A DNA stretch of 5,528 nt from Oopsacas minuta (Eukaryota > Animalia > Porifera): positions 21,518 to 27,045 of the forward strand of contig JAKMXF010000154.1 in assembly GCA_024704765.1 (NCBI GenBank). Direction: 5' to 3'. This document shows positions 1 through 5,528 of the stretch, piece by piece (the first letter of the stretch is position 1; every line of letters begins with the position of its first letter). The notes under the pieces are model-generated. The model was given only the letters and a program-made list of their open reading frames with translations, made no database searches and was not told the DNA's origin. The translations under genes were made by a program, and so were the position numbers.

Positions 1-10
1 GCCAAAGGCT

Positions 11-75
11 GGGTGTCTCTGAATTATTGGAGCTCTATACTCTTGGTATAGAGCTCCAATAATTCAGAGACACCC
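11..75. repeat. Perfect inverted repeat: 30-bp stem with a 5-nt loop
   Basis: GGGTGTCTCTGAATTATTGGAGCTCTATAC (11-40) is the exact reverse complement of 46-75; the loop is TCTTG. Confidence 0.97.
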
Positions 76-428
76 GGGTACCAATGAAGGATCAACTCAG
101 TTTTGGCGTTACAGTGTCTTAACACATCTGCACGCCTGTGCAAAAATAATTTTTCTCCGCACCATTATCTTCTACAGCCGTGGAGAGGTTGTTCAGCCAG
201 ATTGGCAATCTACTTTCAAAAATGAGAAAGAGAATGTCACCGGCGGTCATGAAGAAATTAGTATACATCAGATACCAGAAAAAGTATATCACAATAATCA
301 AGAAGCTGGGAATTGCAATCGAGCTTAAGGAAGTTGCGATGGTCATCAACAATGAGCCCATGTCCCTGTCATTTGAAGACGATAGTGATATCGAAGAGTT
401 TATGAATGACAATTTACATAATATCTAG
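76..428 (+). pseudogene. hAT-superfamily DNA transposase C-terminal (dimerisation domain) fragment, frameshifted
   Basis: Frame +2 gives TNEGSTQFWRYSVLTHLHACAKIIF. After a 1-nt shift in the T5 run at 150-154, frame +3 gives SAPLSSTAVERLFSQIGNLLSKMRKRMSPAVMKKLVYIRY...acidic tail, stop at 426-428. FW...L...A..I.S.P.SS..VER.FS..G.......R.R+......LV is the hAT dimerisation signature. The 5' part lies outside the window. Confidence 0.82.
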
Positions 429-496
429 AGCTTCAGTATAACGTTTAGTATATGAATAAATTTTTCATTAGTAATCTACATCTATATAGCGGTTAC

Positions 497-596
497 CTGT
501 ACATAATAGTCACTACTAGCCTTGAATGGCCATTATAAACAAGATCTTCTAGGTATTTGAAATATCCATGGATATCCATGGATATCCACGGCAAGT
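497..596 (-). CDS. Candidate next spectrin exon (tentative)
   Basis: Acceptor gatatatttcAG| at 598-597 and donor CAG|GTAACC at 496. One frame is open: (Y)LPWISMDIHGYFKYLEDLVYNGHSRLVVTIMY. LEDLVYNGH resembles the spectrin A..LI..GH loop. That frame needs a phase-1 donor, which fits T|GTAAGT at 641 (45-nt intron) but not the phase-0 donor at 732. Confidence 0.3.
561..591. repeat. Three tandem copies of a 10-bp unit (GATATCCATG) forming a self-complementary array
   Basis: AATATCCATG GATATCCATG GATATCCACG G. Alternating GGATATCC and CCATGG palindromes make the array its own reverse complement. Confidence 0.9.
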
Positions 597-732
597 CTGA
601 AATATATCAATGTATTACAGTAGAACTCGGATAAGACTTACAATAGGTTAAGACATAATAATTTTTGTTTCCCAAGGAAGTATGTCTTATCTGATTTCTA
701 CTGAAGGAATATAAATGGTGAACAAATTTAAC

Positions 733-1118
733 CTGAGTTAATAGTTCCTCGAATGTTGATTTTGATCTATCAGCGGACTCCAGATTGGATGATTGATTAT
801 CAATAGTTATCCCCAATGAATTAGCTTCCTGAATCCATAAGATGAGCTCTTTAATTTCCCTCTTGAAAGAAAAGTATTCATGTAACCCTGATAAATGATG
901 CAATTTTTCCTCACATTGGCTTAATACAGCTTGATAAAGATCTTCAATCTCCCTTTGTTTAAGAGTAGGGTTAGTAGAGTAGTCCACGGAAAATTCAGAA
1001 TTATAAGGAGCTAATACCCTCTCCAGATAATTAGCTGGAACATAACCAATTCTATCAATCGGAGATTCTAACTTCCACCAATCGTCGTTAATAGAAGCTA
1101 ATAATATTGCAACATCCC
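733..1118 (-). CDS. SPTAN1-like: Internal coding exon of an alpha-spectrin-like gene: C-terminal part of SH3, helix C, and helices A/B of the next spectrin repeat
   Basis: Acceptor tttaattgttAG|GG GAT (AG at 1120-1119). Translation (G)DVAILLASINDDWWKLESPIDRIGYVPANYLERV carries the SH3 WW and GxxPxNY motifs. It is followed by QREIEDLYQAVLSQCEEKLHHL (helix C) and LHEYFSFKREIKELILWIQEA (helix A with the conserved Trp). The 5' boundary is firm. The 3' boundary (CAG|GTTAAA at 732) is the likeliest donor but uncertain, because the frame stays open to 607 and a strong T|GTAAGT donor lies at 641. Confidence 0.88.
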
Positions 1119-1525
1119 CTAACAATTAAATATATAAACTAATAAACGTCATGCATCCAGGAATGCCGAAAGTACTGCATTAATAAAGTAAAATTCTACT
1201 TAATTTAATGGAAAAATAAAATGTGCATTCGTCAAACTTACATCGCTGGTGTTTCTTGCAACTTTTTGGATGAATTACATTGTAGACACCATAGAAGAAT
1301 ACAGTCGGGACCGAGAAGATATATTCCCATATGTTGTATATTGTTACATAGTGTATTCCAATTCCATGCAAATAGTGCATTGAAATATTTGGGGACCAAT
1401 ATAATAAATAAAAAATATTCCTATATGGTATAAAAATCCTGTATAGTATATTCTTATATAGTGTATTCACTGATATGATGTTTGGCTGATTAATTAAAAA
1501 AAGAGATAGAAACAACATAAAATTC

Positions 1526-1696
1526 CAACCTGTGCCGACAGCTTAGTCTAGTAAGTTATTTTGTTTAAAAAGTGGCACTATTAAATGGAGGCACCATGAG
1601 AGGTTAGTAATAATCTCATTACACATAGTGCCTCCAATTAATAAAGCCACTTTTTAAATAAAATTTCTTAATAGACTAAGCTGACGGCACAGGTTG
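1526..1696. mobile_element. Foldback / MITE-like non-autonomous DNA element, 171 bp
   Basis: 1526-1598 pairs with 1624-1696 without gaps (64/73 matches) around a 25-nt spacer. Termini are CAACCTGTGCCG...CGGCACAGGTTG. AATT lies one base outside each end (1521-1524 and 1698-1701). No coding capacity. Confidence 0.85.
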
Positions 1697-1838
1697 TAAT
1701 TATATATTTTTTCCGAGCGGAGCTAGAAATTCAAATCATCAAACATAGCATCTCCATTGTCACCACAGAAGGAAATTCAATGAAATTTGATAGACCATGG
1801 ATAATATAATCTTAAATCTTTTAATTATTCTGTGAATT

Positions 1839-1858
1839 CGAGGCACGTAGTGCCTAGT
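1839..1858 (+). repeat. Left copy of a 20-bp inverted-repeat pair, containing a GGCAC-GTA-GTGCC mini-hairpin
   Basis: CGAGGCACGTAGTGCCTAGT, preceded by AATT (1835-1838); 17/20 identical to the reverse complement of 4217-4236. Confidence 0.75.
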
Positions 1859-1922
1859 AAAATTATGTTGCGTAGCGACCAATATTTAGCTGTTTAATTA
1901 AATATTTAGGTAACCTGGAGTA

Positions 1923-2640
1923 CTAAGTTGTCGCGCAGTTGTTGTGCCCCCAGATAATCCCTTGGAGGAGAGTATAACAATATCGTCAATTTAACACCGG
2001 TCCTATCAACAATATACTGGCTATCGTTAGTTCGAATAAAGCAACTATCATAGAATTACTGAAGTTAATCGGAATTACACATATTGAAGCAAAATTCGCT
2101 ACATACTCGAATTTGCTGCTAATCCTGAATTTCAATTTGGGTCGGAAGTTCTTTACGATTCGACAGGATGATACAGTCTTGACATTTCTTAAGAACAGAG
2201 GAACTTCACATTCTTCCAATGCCACCAAAGCATCAATATCTTTGAGAGATTTTCCACGATTAGTATTATACAAACTTGGAGTCATATGTCAATAGAAATC
2301 TCATTCCTTGTAAATGTAAGTCTTGCGATCAACTACAGCTGTATTCGAGAGGATATCTGGTCAATTCAAGTCAATCATTGCCATTGAATCCAGGCATCAA
2401 ATTTTGCCAATTGAAATCAGGAATCTACTCGAATTGCCAGACCATTTGTAAGCGATAATGACAAAATACCATAACATCAGTCACAACCAACCGGCACTTC
2501 ACAAAACCCTTGCTGCTTTAGTATATTGAGTAAAAGACACTTCTCTTCCTTCATATAACATTACGGGAAATTCTATGAATATGACGGAACGAGAAAACCC
2601 AATGTCCAACTAAGGGACTGTGACCTTTCATCGCGATCAA
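1923..2640 (-). pseudogene. Decayed Ty3/gypsy-like pol fragment (retropepsin-like protease plus downstream linker)
   Basis: One minus frame has LDIGFSRSVI (2609-2580; cf. LDTGASxSVI) and, 66 residues later, IGKI*CLDSMAMIDL (2411-2367; same spacing as (L)GxDWLxxxxAxIDL). VIPINFSNSMIVALFELTIAS further down resembles the VxVxNxSxxxIxLxxGxxIA linker seen after some gypsy proteases. The region is visibly GC-richer than its flanks. No RT, RNase H, integrase or LTR was found. The catalytic DTG is degenerate (DIG). Confidence 0.5.
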
Positions 2641-4031
2641 TCAATAATGTGTTCTACTTCTTGCGCACTTCTGACTAATTTTTAGCGATTCACGATGTAA
2701 CTCCTCTGAACTATACGAATGCCCTCAAAGGCATGGTCAATTGAAGCTTGTGGTGAATCTGCCCGAGGTTATTCGGGTAAGGCAACCCCTAGCATGGTGA
2801 GCATATCCCAAGTGGCGAATATCATCTATTGTAGATTAAGATCTTGTGTACGAATACGTGTAGGTTGCAGTTTAGAAGCGATTTTGGTGTCAGTGCAGTA
2901 CCACTAGTGTAATTGCAAACACCCCCAAGTAGTTGGTGGGATTGCAATCACACCAAACTCGCTCCTGCATTGCAACATATCTAAGGTTGGTTAATGTTTA
3001 GCGTTAGGGGTGGCTGTAAGGGGAAGGAGGAGGCCACTGCAACTGGCTTGTTTTGTTTATAGAGACCCTTAGAAATCTTAGTTTCATCCAGGAGCATGCA
3101 GCGCACAAAGTGCCCATGGCATTCACCTCAACACTTTATACGATTGCCATTTTAGTGGTGTATTCCCCAAAGCTTGGTAGAAAGTATATAGAAATATACA
3201 AAGATGAAATCCCCTAAAATTCATATTCAAGATCCTCCAAATATTAATTATTATTTTAATGTTTTGCATCATATTTGTTAATTCTGACTATGAATATACA
3301 ATCTGTTTGTATGCAAACGAACTCTTATTTTTATGATAAACAAGTTAATTCTAAACCATCGATTTGTTATACTGTATTTGGACTTTTAGTTCAATATTCT
3401 TACTGGGGGCAGGATTTTGTTCTATTCTTACTGAGGTCGTGATTTAGTTTGGATTAATTTCAGGCTTGCTCCTGAAATTTGTCCATATTTTAATGGACAA
3501 ATTAAGTTTTCGTAGTGGTACTATGTTTCTATTAGCGTTTGGGTCGTTTGCATATGCACTGTTCGCCGAAGGAATGTCTACTTTGTAATAGTATTCATTT
3601 CGTTCCCAAATAAATAAGCTCTTGTCAATTAATAGAATATGCAAACATAAAGGCAAAAATGTTACATTATTTATGCAGCTATCAAATACAAGTATCAAAT
3701 TCCTACTACCTACAGCCCAAATATATTATGAAATATATATATACTGACAATTTTTGACATGTTAGATGAGCATAATGTAATACTTAGTGGGAACATACTT
3801 TACATGCTATCAAACGAATTCATTACTAGAAAAATCACTACTAGATTCCAATTCTAGTTGACTTTTTTTATAAAAATACAAATGTCAAATGAATTTAAGT
3901 GGTGATAAATTGAAGAAACAATGTTACAACTAGCTTAAAGTTGTATTGCATTGCATACATTTAGTGGTAATTACGTACGAAAACAGAGAATGGAATTCAT
4001 AAAAATAATATTTAGAGTCATAAGATGGTGT

Positions 4032-4185
4032 AGTATAATACATTATATAGGGTCAAAATGCAACGACTACAATACATAATATGTAGATCTTATCCCTACT
4101 ACTATAGTAAATTAAATGCAAGTCCAATCCTAAGATAATAATACATCACATGCGGGTCAAAATCCTACAACTATAATACACTACG
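4032..4185. repeat. Degenerate ~35-bp minisatellite, about 4.5 copies
   Basis: Units start at 4032, 4066, 4101, 4135 and 4170, with approximate consensus ACTATAATACATWAHATGCRGGTCAAAATCCTACN. GGGTCAAAAT recurs exactly in units 1 and 4. Confidence 0.7.
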
Positions 4186-4216
4186 AGCTGCTGGGATTGC
4201 GCAGCGTGCGGATGGG

Positions 4217-4236
4217 ACTCGGCACTTCGTGTCTCG
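4217..4236 (-). repeat. Right copy of the 20-bp inverted-repeat pair, containing a GACAC-GAA-GTGCC mini-hairpin
   Basis: Minus strand reads CGAGACACGAAGTGCCGAGT; AATT lies directly outside it (4237-4240). Confidence 0.75.
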
Positions 4237-4414
4237 AATTTAGAAAGTACAAATTTGAAAAATTGAATTAATAAATATTATTTTGTAACAATTGTGCCAC
4301 AACTGGTGCAGTGTTACAATACTTTTGGCTAAGAAGTGTAGTCTTCAAATGTTACAAATATTACTATATATTAAAAATACATGTGTAGTATGAATAGTTA
4401 AACAAAACAAATAC

Positions 4415-4652
4415 CTTTTTGTATTGAGAGTTCCTGAGGTCTTCTAGCAGTGTAATCATACTTACATTTTACATACTCTTTGGTATTAAAAGAATTAGAT
4501 TGTTGAGAATTCATAGGAAAGTCTGAAGATTTCCGCTGTAAAACGAGGGATTCGCAAGAGGCATGTAACTCAGTAATAGTTTGAGAAAAAAATTTGATAT
4601 CAGAAAGCAGCGCTTCAAGTTTACAAATGAGTACAAGCGCAGAATCTTCATC
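4415..4652 (-). CDS. SPTAN1-like: Internal coding exon of an alpha-spectrin-like gene: spectrin-repeat helix B plus the N-terminal part of the SH3 domain
   Basis: Acceptor tttctattattatAG|GAT (AG at 4654-4653) and donor AAA G|GTATTT (GT at 4414-4413). The 238-nt exon (phase 0 to phase 1) is stop-free: DEDSALVLICKLEALLSDIKFFSQTITELHASCESLVLQRKSSDFPMNSQQSNSFNTKEYVKCKYDYTARRPQELSIQK-G. DEDSA..L..K.EAL.SDI matches the alpha-spectrin repeat that precedes the SH3 domain, and YVKCKYDYTARRPQELSIQKG matches the SH3 start (ALYDY...E+S++KG). Its phase fits the 1118-733 exon exactly. Family is well supported; orthology is not established. Confidence 0.9.
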
Positions 4653-5351
4653 CTATAATAATAGAAATTAGGCGTTAAAAAAAAAATTGGGACAAAGATA
4701 CAAATATAATCTATATATGAATCTGTGTGATACAATTGTTAGACAGACAACTTCGAGTAAGGAGTATTCATAAGATCTCATCATTATAACCGTAGTTAGA
4801 TGATTACTTTAACACCTCTCCCAAAGAAATCAATGCATATTATTGGAATGTTTGAATTGGCCAATTAGTTGCACATTCTCATTTGTCAAGTGTAATATAA
4901 TCTGCCTAATGAAATTATTTGCATAATATAATACTATATCGATTCAATATCTGTTTATGAGTTAAGAAAAATGTCAAACATACTAGGTATATACATATAC
5001 TTAGAAACGCTCGCTATAATATGAAATACAAACAATTCAACTATGGTGTGTCATAGTATCAAAATAATTTGATGCGATGACAAGGATTATGAAAAAAATA
5101 AATGAAAAATTGGTGCATTTTGATTGGTTTCATTTATTCCAAGTGTAAGTAACAATATTAAATAGAGATCACAGAAGCGGATGTCTAGGTTGTTTTTAAG
5201 GACCCACAGAAATGAAATATGAGGCTCTGTTGACGAGTTATTGAATTACAAAATTAAAAAATACCAAATGTCTATGCATTTGTTATAGTGGTACATGTAT
5301 ATTGGTCAACATATCATTCATTATTGCTTCACAGATTGGTTAACTAGTATG

Positions 5352-5375
5352 TACGAAGGGCACTCGAAAAGTTTT
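5352..5375 (+). mobile_element. Possible isolated mariner-type terminal inverted repeat
   Basis: TA-CGAAGGGCACTCGAAAAGTTTT resembles TA-CGAGGG...AAAAGT mariner termini. There is only a 9-bp partial inverse match (ACTTTTCGA, 5479-5487) and no transposase in the window. Confidence 0.3.
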
Positions 5376-5528
5376 GTCGTTTGTTATTAAACCATAAGTA
5401 TTTTCTAATAAAATTATTTTATATATTTCGACGCATATTATTTACCTACACAACAAATTTCATCAGTTTATCTTTTGTACTTTTCGAATTGCTTGATTTC
5501 TAAAAGCTATGGCTTGTATGATTCCTCA

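Larger units (their letters stand above)
1119..4414 (-). other. 3,296-bp GT-AG phase-1 intron splitting the SH3 domain at the Gly of K-G-D
   Basis: G|GTATTT...TTGTTAG|GG. The split codon G+GG = Gly gives ...SIQK-G-DVAILL..., the canonical SH3 KGD motif. Confidence 0.88.

Noticed and set aside
119-412. Minus-strand 97-aa ORF
   Set aside because: It is the antisense shadow of the hAT fragment, with low-complexity S/I/F composition and no motif.
607-1125. 172-aa ORF as a complete gene
   Set aside because: The TTG start lies inside the splice acceptor, the SH3 domain is completed by the 4652-4415 exon, and the tail after about 733 is probably intronic.
1180-1518. ORFs 1180-1518 (-) and 1221-1433 (+), and a phase-1 GTAAGT donor near 1241 as the upstream exon
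   Set aside because: No spectrin or SH3 similarity; the exon at 4652-4415 supplies the missing SH3 half with the correct phase.
2113-2907. Plus-strand ORFs 2113-2295, 2276-2458 and 2719-2907
   Set aside because: Short, motif-free, and explainable as shadows of the decayed minus-strand frame.
3444-3698. Minus-strand 84-aa ORF
   Set aside because: No recognisable domain, and it lies inside an intron already bridged in frame.
4032-4185. CRISPR array interpretation of the ~35-bp periodicity (also considered for 561-591)
   Set aside because: The units are contiguous, degenerate tandem copies with no unique spacers, there are no cas genes, and the context is a eukaryotic intron.
4511-4735. Minus-strand 74-aa ORF
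   Set aside because: It is a wrong-frame overlap of the real spectrin exon.
4855-4866. 12-bp palindrome AATTGGCCAATT
   Set aside because: Short enough to arise by chance and has no supporting context.
5405-5467. Hammerhead-like CTGATGA...GAAA on the minus strand
   Set aside because: No convincing stems I, II or III around the core. A similar GAAA hairpin near 1150-1180 lacks the CTGA core.
4655-5528. Preceding spectrin exon (expected to end in phase 0 before DEDS)
   Set aside because: No minus-strand frame with spectrin-like sequence was found; the exon probably lies beyond the window.

Overview
AT-rich eukaryotic (probably invertebrate animal) genomic DNA, not prokaryotic. The host gene is on the minus strand: a divergent alpha-spectrin-like gene. 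One exon (4652-4415, missed by the ORF track) and a second exon (1118-733) splice in frame across a 3,296-bp phase-1 intron, rebuilding spectrin-repeat helix B, an SH3 domain, helix C and the next spectrin repeat. The intronic DNA is full of mobile-element debris: a frameshifted hAT transposase C-terminus with a perfect 30-bp hairpin inserted in it (1-428), a 171-bp foldback MITE (1526-1696), a decayed Ty3/gypsy-like protease region whose 228-codon frame is broken only by TGA (about 1923-2609), a degenerate ~35-bp minisatellite (4032-4185), and a pair of 20-bp inverted, self-hairpinning motifs flanked by AATT (1839-1858 and 4217-4236) that may delimit a ~2.4-kb composite element. There is no evidence for rRNA, tRNA or CRISPR. 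All family assignments come from motif recognition by eye, not database searches.
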